64,000 bases of DNA from a virus. Its lineage: Duplodnaviria; Caudoviricetes. Location: the IMG/VR virus record IMGVR_UViG_3300033121_002078, positions 30,623 through 94,622 of that record; one strand, given 5' to 3'. The notes below the pieces were generated by a model. It had not been told where the DNA came from. It saw only the letters and a list, made by a program, of their open reading frames with translations, and ran no database searches. Shown piece by piece: positions 40,032-48,442 of the stretch (positions are counted from its first letter, which is position 1; each line of letters starts with the position of its first letter). Both the position numbers and the translations under genes were made by a program.

Positions 40032-40390
40032 TAATCTTTGTGAAACTCCAGTTTTCCAGTAGATTCATTAATATGAACTTTAACACCTGGTTTTATCCCG
40101 TGTTTATCAAAAAATCCGGCATTAACCTCAACAGCATATTTGCACACATCTTTGCTGTGAATCATTCTTGTAGAATGAGGAGTAATATGATTAATATCTA
40201 TTAGAGTATCATTGTGTATAAAACCAATATCCAATGGAATGTAGGTATTTTTACCCCAAAAAGAAGCCATTATGCTATCAGGGAACTTAAATAGCATTCC
40301 TTGATCTTCTGGCAGTGACTCACAGAACATAAGTCCTTTTGCCAGTTGTTCTGGAGTTTTTGCTATTTCTACCTTTATTGACTTTCCCAC
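40031..40390 (-). CDS. DUF192 family protein
   Basis: VEIAKTP...GLMF...GMLFKF...KNTYIPLDIGF...EVNAG. Confidence 0.85.
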   Translation of the reverse strand: MGKSIKVEIAKTPEQLAKGLMFCESLPEDQGMLFKFPDSIMASFWGKNTYIPLDIGFIHNDTLIDINHITPHSTRMIHSKDVCKYAVEVNAGFFDKHGIKPGVKVHINESTGKLEFHKD

Positions 40391-40772
40391 TTTCTGCCTC
40401 CATTGATATTTTACACAATTTAGAACTTTTTAATTTCTGCTCCAAAAAAAATGCATCATCCTCATTTACAGAAACCATTATCTCTTTGGGTGAATCATCT
40501 TCTATCTCAAAATCTATATTCAACGTATTCAAAAGGTCTTTTATTTCACCATGAGTAGAACTATGTTTGTTCACAAAAACGTCTCTTATTCTTGGAACCA
40601 TCCTTTTATTGTAGTGGTCGTAAACAAAAAACATTTCGCCGCCAACACCCTCATATTGTAACCCGTTTGTAGAGTCATACCATGATAATTTGTTGAGAAC
40701 TGACTCCTTTTGTGTAATACTTATAGGAGTCAACACAAACACTGTTTTTTTACTTTGACTGTCTTTTTTCAT
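40320..40772 (-). CDS. Hypothetical protein
   Basis: 150-aa ORF. Confidence 0.5.
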   Translation of the reverse strand: MKKDSQSKKTVFVLTPISITQKESVLNKLSWYDSTNGLQYEGVGGEMFFVYDHYNKRMVPRIRDVFVNKHSSTHGEIKDLLNTLNIDFEIEDDSPKEIMVSVNEDDAFFLEQKLKSSKLCKISMEAESGKVNKGRNSKNSRTTGKRTYVL

Positions 40773-41101
40773 TAAGAACCACGCTTTTTGTTTGCCTCAA
40801 AAGCAGACTGCTCTGTATTTAACACGATTTTTTTAATCATGTTTTTTCCAGTATCTGTAAACGCAATCAAAGATCCATCAAAATTAATATATCCCTTATT
40901 AACCAACGAAAGAACAACAAACTGGTCCATGTCAGCAGTTTTAGTGAAACGATTTGGAAGAATTTGGTGTGAGTCCTTCCAAATATGATATAATGTCTTC
41001 ATTTCTCTTTCATTCAGAGCATACTGTGAATGATCTATGACATTGTTTGGCAATACGTATCTTAACAAATCAGAACTTAATTGTGAATTAGTTATCTTCA
41101 T
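40772..41101 (-). CDS. Hypothetical protein, possibly winged-helix
   Basis: SLVNKGYI...FTDTGK pattern. Confidence 0.45.
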   Translation of the reverse strand: MKITNSQLSSDLLRYVLPNNVIDHSQYALNEREMKTLYHIWKDSHQILPNRFTKTADMDQFVVLSLVNKGYINFDGSLIAFTDTGKNMIKKIVLNTEQSAFEANKKRGS

Positions 41102-41861
41102 GTCCTATTTTCTCCTTGATAACTTTAATTTGTTGTTTTGTTAACAAACCACCCAAGTCATAATCTCTAAACATTTCCACAGCTTTTTCAATATCAACCT
41201 TGAGTATTTTGTTCACTTCTAAAAATATTCTCTCTTTTGAATATGCTTTTTTAATAGGTTCTGTACAACCTCTTATAGCAGCCCTTAACTCTTTGTCTAT
41301 GTGAAAACTATATTTACAAGCAAACCTTATAGCCCTTAAAGCTGCAATAGGATTGAAATCCATTAACATTTTTGCTGGTAAAATTGACCGTACCGTTTCT
41401 GATTCCAAATCTTTGGCAGCCATTCCAAACACATCAATCATTCTCTGATCGTGCAAGGAATAGATAAGTGTATTAATAGTAAAATCACGAGAAAATATAT
41501 TTCTATAGATCGGAGAGTTAAGTTCGTATTTTTTAAGCCACTGCACAACTTCTTGATTTTGCATATAGCCAGCAACAGCATCTTCTTGGAATTGAACATT
41601 TAATTCATCCAGTTTAATGGTGCAAATATTTTTATTTACTTCAGGTGATTTTTTTAAAACTTCAGATGAAAAAAGAGTACCAAGTCGAATGGATTGATTT
41701 GGAATATAAGAAGTTACTTCTATTTTTTCTATGTCTTCTAAGGTAGACATGGCCAAAGATCGAGTACACGTGCCAACCAAAAGAAGACTTTGCAAATCAT
41801 AATCATTGCAAAACTTAGAAAGATCAGAAATTGTCTGTTTCACGCAATCAGATCGTGACAT
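41088..41861 (-). CDS. Divergent second tRNA nucleotidyltransferase/poly(A) polymerase-family protein
   Basis: LVGTCTR, SRDFTINTL, LRAIRFA, SKERIFLEVNKIL; catalytic DxD appears as KIE. Confidence 0.7.
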   Translation of the reverse strand: MSRSDCVKQTISDLSKFCNDYDLQSLLLVGTCTRSLAMSTLEDIEKIEVTSYIPNQSIRLGTLFSSEVLKKSPEVNKNICTIKLDELNVQFQEDAVAGYMQNQEVVQWLKKYELNSPIYRNIFSRDFTINTLIYSLHDQRMIDVFGMAAKDLESETVRSILPAKMLMDFNPIAALRAIRFACKYSFHIDKELRAAIRGCTEPIKKAYSKERIFLEVNKILKVDIEKAVEMFRDYDLGGLLTKQQIKVIKEKIGHEDN

Positions 41862-41867
41862 ACTAAA

Positions 41868-41896
41868 ATATACTATAAAATCACAAATAAGCCTTT
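41868..41896 (-). promoter_or_regulatory. Putative phage sigma promoter AAAGGC-N17-GTATAT
   Basis: Exact 17-nt spacing; ATG 8 nt after GTAT. Confidence 0.5.
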
Positions 41897-42638
41897 AAGG
41901 AATAGAAGATTGCCAAGAATGTGGATAATTTACTTCGTTTGTATCGCCATAACTGTATGGATAATTACGACGATCATCAAATACATAATCAGGAATTGCC
42001 CTGTATCTCCATTGTCTTCTTTTCTTTTTTTGATCACTAGGATAGTCATTTGCATGACCACCCTCGTCCCACTGGTTTGAACCATTGCCTTCAATTTCGT
42101 TGGCATCTTTCGACCACAAGGACACTCTTTCTTCCCACGGGACATCCAAACAAGATCCTGGCCCCTGAACTATCGCCATCTTCTGAGGTGAATTCAGCAT
42201 TTTTTTTATCAAATCAACTCTAAACAACTCACGCATTATCAAAAAGTGATAAGAGTGTATTTGTAAATACAAATTGTTGAATTCAAATATGCTTTCAGGA
42301 CTAATTCGTATGATATCAACATGTAAAAGCTTCTTAATTTCCTCAACAATGTTTTTTAATTCTGGGAATCTTTGTCCTAATAAGATTGCCTCTTTTACAC
42401 TATGAAGAAACAGTATATTGTTTACACTGGATTTGGGCGGTTGCGTCATATTAGTAGAAACACTGATAGTGCTTGAAAAATGACCAAGAGCCTGCCACAT
42501 TTCGAACGATTTTGTTTTAAGTTCTTTAAGACCATTAGTGATGTGTGTTATGCATACGGATAAATCTTTGCAAATTAATTCATTATCACCGACAATAATA
42601 TTATAAGAGCCATCATCTCTTCGAGATATGCCGTGCAC
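41895..42638 (-). CDS. Hypothetical protein
   Basis: 247-aa ORF. Confidence 0.5.
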   Translation of the reverse strand: MHGISRRDDGSYNIIVGDNELICKDLSVCITHITNGLKELKTKSFEMWQALGHFSSTISVSTNMTQPPKSSVNNILFLHSVKEAILLGQRFPELKNIVEEIKKLLHVDIIRISPESIFEFNNLYLQIHSYHFLIMRELFRVDLIKKMLNSPQKMAIVQGPGSCLDVPWEERVSLWSKDANEIEGNGSNQWDEGGHANDYPSDQKKKRRQWRYRAIPDYVFDDRRNYPYSYGDTNEVNYPHSWQSSIP

Positions 42639-42669
42639 ATTTAATTCTGCAGATAACAGTAGAAAACGA

Positions 42670-43275
42670 TTATTCAGTTACATCTCCATCTGGCTTAAAA
42701 ATTTTACTTTCTGCACTTTTACGTACAGGAGCTTTTCTTACTGGAGCTTTTCGTGTTGTACTTCTCTTAACGACCACAGGAGTAGTTTCAACCGTACCGT
42801 CTTCTGACTTTAGCGATTGAAGTTTAGTGACTTTAGCTTTTCGTTTTGCAAACTCTTCAGCTCTCTTACGTTCTTCTTCTTGATCTACAAAATTAATATC
42901 ACCCTGCTCTGCTGCGGGCAATTCTGCAGGACTATATGCACTATCAACAGATTTTATAGTGGATTCTGTTTTGTGCATCTTTTGCTTATTTGGATTCGAA
43001 ACTACTGGCACAGTTTCCTCTTCTGAAACAACCTTCTTAAGTGCCTTCTTTATTTTTTCATCTGTCTGCTTTTCAGGTGCCTTTTTAAAGAATCCAGCCT
43101 TTAATGCAAACTGGATTTGTGGGTGCTCATATTCTTGTTCTGAAAGCAAAAACTCTTGCCCACTACAAGGTTGATATTTAAATGCCGTGACAGAAGAAAT
43201 GTCAATTGCACCCTTAATCTTGTCCGTTCCAACCAGTTTAATCATTTTTGCCATGAAGTTTCTCCTAAAGATCAA
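42670..43275 (-). CDS. Hypothetical protein with a basic RKAPV-repeat tail
   Basis: RKAPVRKAPVRKSA. Confidence 0.55.
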   Translation of the reverse strand: MIFRRNFMAKMIKLVGTDKIKGAIDISSVTAFKYQPCSGQEFLLSEQEYEHPQIQFALKAGFFKKAPEKQTDEKIKKALKKVVSEEETVPVVSNPNKQKMHKTESTIKSVDSAYSPAELPAAEQGDINFVDQEEERKRAEEFAKRKAKVTKLQSLKSEDGTVETTPVVVKRSTTRKAPVRKAPVRKSAESKIFKPDGDVTE

Positions 43276-43814
43276 TTATACATATAAATATCAGTATCAC
43301 GATACTTTATTTTGCGAGTTGGATTATTTCTTAGTCTCTCTTGAAAACTCTTGGTCATTGTGTCTATTATCCCCTCTTGTGGAGAATAATCTTTTGTTTG
43401 ACCAGGTTCTCCCCTATTTCGGAGATCTAATTCAGTAGTATCTGGAGAAGAACTATTTGGCAAATTAGTGCCCGTGTTACTACCACGTTCCCATCGGGCT
43501 GGTCCAGTATACTCTTCTCTGCTATGTGGTTCTCCATAAAGACCCTCATCCTGAATATCATCGGTGGTATTACCAGAAGTTAATGAATTAGGAAACACAT
43601 CTCTTGGATTTCCAGATTCTTCACTGCCACTTTCTGTAGCAGCACCCGGTATTGTCGTACCCCTGTTATTTGTACCAAAACCTGGAAAGGCCCATTGATA
43701 ATCTTTTTTGTCGGGCATGATGTTATTTTCGTCTTTAGTTTTATACTCGTCATTCTTAAATCGACGATTCAACATGATATCTGATTTATAACTAACTTTA
43801 TTAAGCCAGCTCAT
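43272..43814 (-). CDS. Hypothetical protein with MSWLNKVS leader
   Basis: ATG at 43814 overlaps the upstream gene end; track start is 43850. Confidence 0.55.
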   Translation of the reverse strand: MSWLNKVSYKSDIMLNRRFKNDEYKTKDENNIMPDKKDYQWAFPGFGTNNRGTTIPGAATESGSEESGNPRDVFPNSLTSGNTTDDIQDEGLYGEPHSREEYTGPARWERGSNTGTNLPNSSSPDTTELDLRNRGEPGQTKDYSPQEGIIDTMTKSFQERLRNNPTRKIKYRDTDIYMYN

Positions 43815-44028
43815 TTTTGAATCCAATACCACCATTTTTATATTTATCAATAATCACATTCACTTGCTGCACAAAAGGAACAATGACTTGATTCAACTCT
43901 TGTTTTGCCTTTTCATCCATCACTGCTTTAACCTGCTGCTGCAACTGCAGCAATACGGAAGAAAAGCTTTCCAAAGTTCTGTCTACAACTGGACCACCTG
44001 GTCTATGTTGTGAAATTTTCAGCATCAA
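43801..44028 (-). CDS. Hypothetical protein
   Basis: 75-aa ORF in the operon. Confidence 0.45.
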   Translation of the reverse strand: MMLKISQHRPGGPVVDRTLESFSSVLLQLQQQVKAVMDEKAKQELNQVIVPFVQQVNVIIDKYKNGGIGFKNELA

Positions 44029-44678
44029 TTGTCTCCCAAAAACGCTTGTGTGCGAGCCTTCTTTAATTCGTTAATTTGTTTCTTCTCTTGCTTATTAATT
44101 TCTCTTCCTTCAGACTCCGCTTTTTTGAGAATATCAAGAATTTGTGAATCATATTTGTATGTATCGCCAGATTTTATTGACAAAACAACATTATTAATAG
44201 ATGCCTTTTTAATTCCACCCACCAATGGTTCAGTCATTTTGCGATTGGGACTATTAGGCAACACAGGCTTGTCATGCTGAACAGGACTCTTGGGCCATTC
44301 AGGAAGTTCTTTGTTTTGTGTTGATTTTTCAAGAGTCCAGTGATTTTTGTCAACAATGTTTTCTTTTGGCTTGTATTCTTTTTCGTATCGTTCACGCGAC
44401 AAATCTTCTACAAAAGCCTGAATAGTAGGAACATAAATTTCACCTATTTTGTCGTGTTTTAGTTGTTTCTCGATAATTTTATAATCTTCCTTAGATTCTG
44501 TATGTTCCAGTCTTGCTTCAGTAGTTACCTCTTCGTTTTTATTATCACGATCATCATCTAGCAAATCTTCATGTGTAGATGGATTTTCTATTTCGCTAAG
44601 TTCTCCGTCCTCTCTTACATCTTCTAAGAGTTTATTGAAAGGTTTGATCTTTTTGTTTGCGTGTAAATTGAAAGCCAT
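44025..44678 (-). CDS. Hypothetical protein (MAFNLH leader)
   Basis: AGGAG SD; directly downstream of the terminase. Confidence 0.6.
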   Translation of the reverse strand: MAFNLHANKKIKPFNKLLEDVREDGELSEIENPSTHEDLLDDDRDNKNEEVTTEARLEHTESKEDYKIIEKQLKHDKIGEIYVPTIQAFVEDLSRERYEKEYKPKENIVDKNHWTLEKSTQNKELPEWPKSPVQHDKPVLPNSPNRKMTEPLVGGIKKASINNVVLSIKSGDTYKYDSQILDILKKAESEGREINKQEKKQINELKKARTQAFLGDN

Positions 44679-44690
44679 TTTTTTTGCTCC

Positions 44691-46559
44691 TTAGTGCAAA
44701 ATTTTGTTCCCATACTGCGTTATTTGATTACTATTATAGCTACCTTGCCCAATTTTCCATATTGTGTTATTTCTAAAATTAGGCATATATGCCAATTCTG
44801 GTTTAGCCAAACCAGTATATTCTGTATCTGTTGCTATAGCACAGGCACCAGCAAGGGAATCACAAAGGTCGTCTGTAGTGACCAATCCTTCGGGATTAGG
44901 CATGATTTTAAAACCATTTGCAGTAAATTTTCGTTTTAATGCTTTTAGTTCATTAATTAGTAAATCTGCCCACCGGCCCATGCCAGGCAACACAATATTT
45001 TTAGAATTAAACAAATACTCAAGTCTACGATAGACATCTGTTTTATATCTTGCACCAAATGGAGTAACTTTAACTGGTATACCTGCTCTCCTTAATTTTT
45101 GCATAGAAGATCGACACTCAAACGTATCATAACTGACCATGCCCAATCTCATTCTTTTGGCGAGGTTAATTATGTAATCATCTACTTCATCAAAAACAAT
45201 TTCCCTGTCCATATTTGGTTTCCACACCATAAGATGATCGACTACATATCTTTGGTGTTTAACTGCTTTTTGTTCATTTGTGCCGGGTTGAATTTCTTGT
45301 CGAATATAATCTTCTATATGGACTACAGTTAAAGCATAGTTGTGACTAGTAGCTGCAGGGTCAAGATGAGCATAGTGTACGTAACCAGGAACTCCTTTTT
45401 CTTTTTGACCTAATTCTCTATCTATTGCTGCGTCTATAATTTCATCTGATAAAAACTTTTCACCACCAGTACTTGCAAATTCGGCAGCAATCTCCATTGC
45501 AAACTGTTCTTCGGTAAATGTAGGAAACTGTTCTCTAAGAATTTCCTGTGTCACATTTGGGTTTACATTCCAAGTGGCAGCCCTAAAAGAAAGGAATTTC
45601 TTACCCTTATCTGGACTTAAACTTAGGTTGTAAGACCGCCACAAAATACCTTCTTTGGATTTTGGACTAGAGATTGTAACTACTTTAGAATCGATTCTTT
45701 TTTTAGTTACTCCGTTTTCTTCATAACTCACAAGAAAGTCTGAAGTACAAGGTAGTAAAGCCTGATATAATTGATCACCAGAATTTTGTCCATACATTGC
45801 ATAAGACGACACCTCGTCAAACAATATTAGTGGACAACGCTTACCTCGCAAAGTGTTGCTGTTTGAATGCCCGCACAAAATTAATATAGATCCCTTTGAT
45901 TCGGGAAGACCATGAAGTGCATTTTCTTTGTTTTGTTCTTTGTCTGCATCAGTTTTTAAGAAGATTTGTGAGTTTTCTATTGAACCGATTTTTCCCTTGA
46001 AATATGGAGCTGCAGCAACCTTGGTCTTTATTTCATCAAACAGACCAGCCGCCTGATCTTCTGCTCTAGCAACTGTCAATATGCAGAGAGGAGTACCTTT
46101 GTCCAAATGATAATAAGCAAAAGGATCACCCATCTCTATCAATCTGGCGGCCTCGTACAAAGCAATAATACTAGAGATCATGTTTTTGCCAGATCGACGA
46201 CCAAACACAAGAATTAACTCTCTAAAAATTTCGTTGCTATCAAATTTGTCAATAATGTATTCGTGATTTACTGGAAGTGTTCTTAATAGGTGTTTTTCTT
46301 CTTCTGTTAATTTTAAATGCTCATTACCTGGTGTACCACGGTAAAAGGTTTTTAAAACTATTCTTTGCAACGGATACAAATTTACAGGCTGCACGGCTTG
46401 AGCGGGAAGATTCAGATAATGTGGACTCTCCACGAACTCAATAATGGATGGCATTTTGCCAGAAATCTCATTAGTTCCTAAACCATCACCAACTACAGAC
46501 TTGATTCCGGCAACAAGTTCGTGAAGAAGATTAACGTTATTTTGCTTTTTAACTGGCAG
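44691..46559 (-). CDS. Terminase large subunit; probable CTG start (first ATG at 46454)
   Basis: Walker A GRRSGKN, Walker B LILFDEV, RNase H HLDPA...DDLCDSLAG. Confidence 0.9.
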   Translation of the reverse strand: MPVKKQNNVNLLHELVAGIKSVVGDGLGTNEISGKMPSIIEFVESPHYLNLPAQAVQPVNLYPLQRIVLKTFYRGTPGNEHLKLTEEEKHLLRTLPVNHEYIIDKFDSNEIFRELILVFGRRSGKNMISSIIALYEAARLIEMGDPFAYYHLDKGTPLCILTVARAEDQAAGLFDEIKTKVAAAPYFKGKIGSIENSQIFLKTDADKEQNKENALHGLPESKGSILILCGHSNSNTLRGKRCPLILFDEVSSYAMYGQNSGDQLYQALLPCTSDFLVSYEENGVTKKRIDSKVVTISSPKSKEGILWRSYNLSLSPDKGKKFLSFRAATWNVNPNVTQEILREQFPTFTEEQFAMEIAAEFASTGGEKFLSDEIIDAAIDRELGQKEKGVPGYVHYAHLDPAATSHNYALTVVHIEDYIRQEIQPGTNEQKAVKHQRYVVDHLMVWKPNMDREIVFDEVDDYIINLAKRMRLGMVSYDTFECRSSMQKLRRAGIPVKVTPFGARYKTDVYRRLEYLFNSKNIVLPGMGRWADLLINELKALKRKFTANGFKIMPNPEGLVTTDDLCDSLAGACAIATDTEYTGLAKPELAYMPNFRNNTIWKIGQGSYNSNQITQYGNKILH

Positions 46560-46666
46560 TACAAACTCCTACTAAGGTCAAAAACTCACGTTTATTGATT
46601 TACTTTTTATATTTCTAAAATCCTTTATTTAAAGGACTAGCAGCCCAATTTTTTGTATGATCTATT

Positions 46667-48442
46667 GTGTCTACTGGACATATAATTCCACTTGCACCGA
46701 AACACAACATCACTCCTGACAGGGTTGTTTTTGTATACAACAGCAATTCTGCAGAAAGTTTGGAAGTAGCTCGGTATTATGCCAAAGTAAGATATTTATC
46801 TACTTCACAACTTTGTCCAGTAAATGTGCCAATAAGCAACACGATTACTGAAGGGGATCTAGAAATAGACTTAGTATGGCCCCTTCAATCGTTCATGAAT
46901 AGCAATTTCAGTTCTGAAAATTATGTGTACTGCATTATTTTGGGATATGAATTACCAACTATTTTCACAAATGGTAGCAATAAATATTCAATTGCTTCAA
47001 GATTGCACAGAATCGGACATGTTAATGATAAAAAGTATCCAAACTTTATTTACGACAGAAAAACATTTAAATTTTTCAATCAAGATGACCGAGCAGAAGG
47101 GATTGTCGTTAGTCACATTACTGGACCAACAAAAAAAGATGCCATTAATATAATTAATCGCTCTTTAGAAGTAAGCTTACAAAAATATGTGACTGGCGAT
47201 ATTGTTTTAGATCCATACGGTAAAAAAATAACATCTGACCAACTAGATTATCAACAAGAAATTTTAGATTTGATTCAATACGATATTGATTCTTTTGGAT
47301 TAACGCATACCAGCACTGTTGACATAGATGATCCATATAGAGATCCTGTTGTGCCATTCCTTGAAAAAGATTCATTTTACTGGGGATGGTTTTTAGACAG
47401 AGTTTCTCCTAAAGCGTTTAAACCCACTAAAACCAAACGAGTTTTCTTATATAACGCAGATGATGACGGTGGTGGTGATATAACCAATGTTTCAAATCCA
47501 CTAAATTCTGACAGATGGCCAAATGTTTCAACAGTATACGGAAATTATGCTGCTGCTGCTGGATCGGTGGACAGACCAGGAGAAGATGCACTAGTCTACC
47601 CAAGACCATTTTTTGAATCACTTTATAGAGGAGCTGGTATAGGAGAGGCGTTTTTCCAAGCAAACAAATTTGTTGAATGGAAAAACTTTTTAGTTGCTGA
47701 TCCCCTAATGACAGTAAACTTCCCCACTCCTTTTGTAGAAAACACAAAACTGCCAAATAAAGAAATAATTTTTCAAACCATATTTGCCGTTGATAATTCT
47801 GTGAAATATTATGATAAACTAATACTTAACGTAAATCAATTAATAAATAATTTTATTGAATCTTCAAGTTTTGACGCAATGGATACATTTTTTGCCAACA
47901 CTCAATGGAGAGATAGGTTGGCTAACGCTGATTCTCGAAATCATAATTACGGTTCAATAATAACATCTTTAGTGAATTATATAAAATTAACAGAGAATCA
48001 AACAATAGATGAGTGGCTTCAATCACAAAACGTGCAAATAAGCCAATCAATGGCAGATGTAATTGCAGTTAACACATTAACAACTATATCTTCTTCACAG
48101 ATTTATTCTGATGGATATTGGCAATTTGCCTTTTATCCAGAACACTCAGAATTAACACTTGAAAACTTAAATTTTGTCATTCAAATCGCATATGATTCAG
48201 ATTTCCAAGACATCCTGCTTGAAAAACAAAGCACAGACACATTAAATTGGTTTTATGAAAAAGAGAAATACACATATTCCTCTTTGCCAAGTACTGGTTT
48301 TCCTTCGAATTACGTTGGACGAAGAATTATGTATTCTGGGACAAATGATTTACTCGAAAAAAACAGTATTTACTATGTAAGAGCCATAAGTGATGATTCG
48401 GGGCCAAGTTTCGTATCTAACACAACAGAGGTGATAACTTGA
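46667..48442 (+). CDS. TIGR03790-like protein
   Basis: VVFVYNSNSAESLEVARYYAKVR, YWGW, AAAAGSVDRP, LVADPL. Confidence 0.65.
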   Translation: MSTGHIIPLAPKHNITPDRVVFVYNSNSAESLEVARYYAKVRYLSTSQLCPVNVPISNTITEGDLEIDLVWPLQSFMNSNFSSENYVYCIILGYELPTIFTNGSNKYSIASRLHRIGHVNDKKYPNFIYDRKTFKFFNQDDRAEGIVVSHITGPTKKDAINIINRSLEVSLQKYVTGDIVLDPYGKKITSDQLDYQQEILDLIQYDIDSFGLTHTSTVDIDDPYRDPVVPFLEKDSFYWGWFLDRVSPKAFKPTKTKRVFLYNADDDGGGDITNVSNPLNSDRWPNVSTVYGNYAAAAGSVDRPGEDALVYPRPFFESLYRGAGIGEAFFQANKFVEWKNFLVADPLMTVNFPTPFVENTKLPNKEIIFQTIFAVDNSVKYYDKLILNVNQLINNFIESSSFDAMDTFFANTQWRDRLANADSRNHNYGSIITSLVNYIKLTENQTIDEWLQSQNVQISQSMADVIAVNTLTTISSSQIYSDGYWQFAFYPEHSELTLENLNFVIQIAYDSDFQDILLEKQSTDTLNWFYEKEKYTYSSLPSTGFPSNYVGRRIMYSGTNDLLEKNSIYYVRAISDDSGPSFVSNTTEVIT

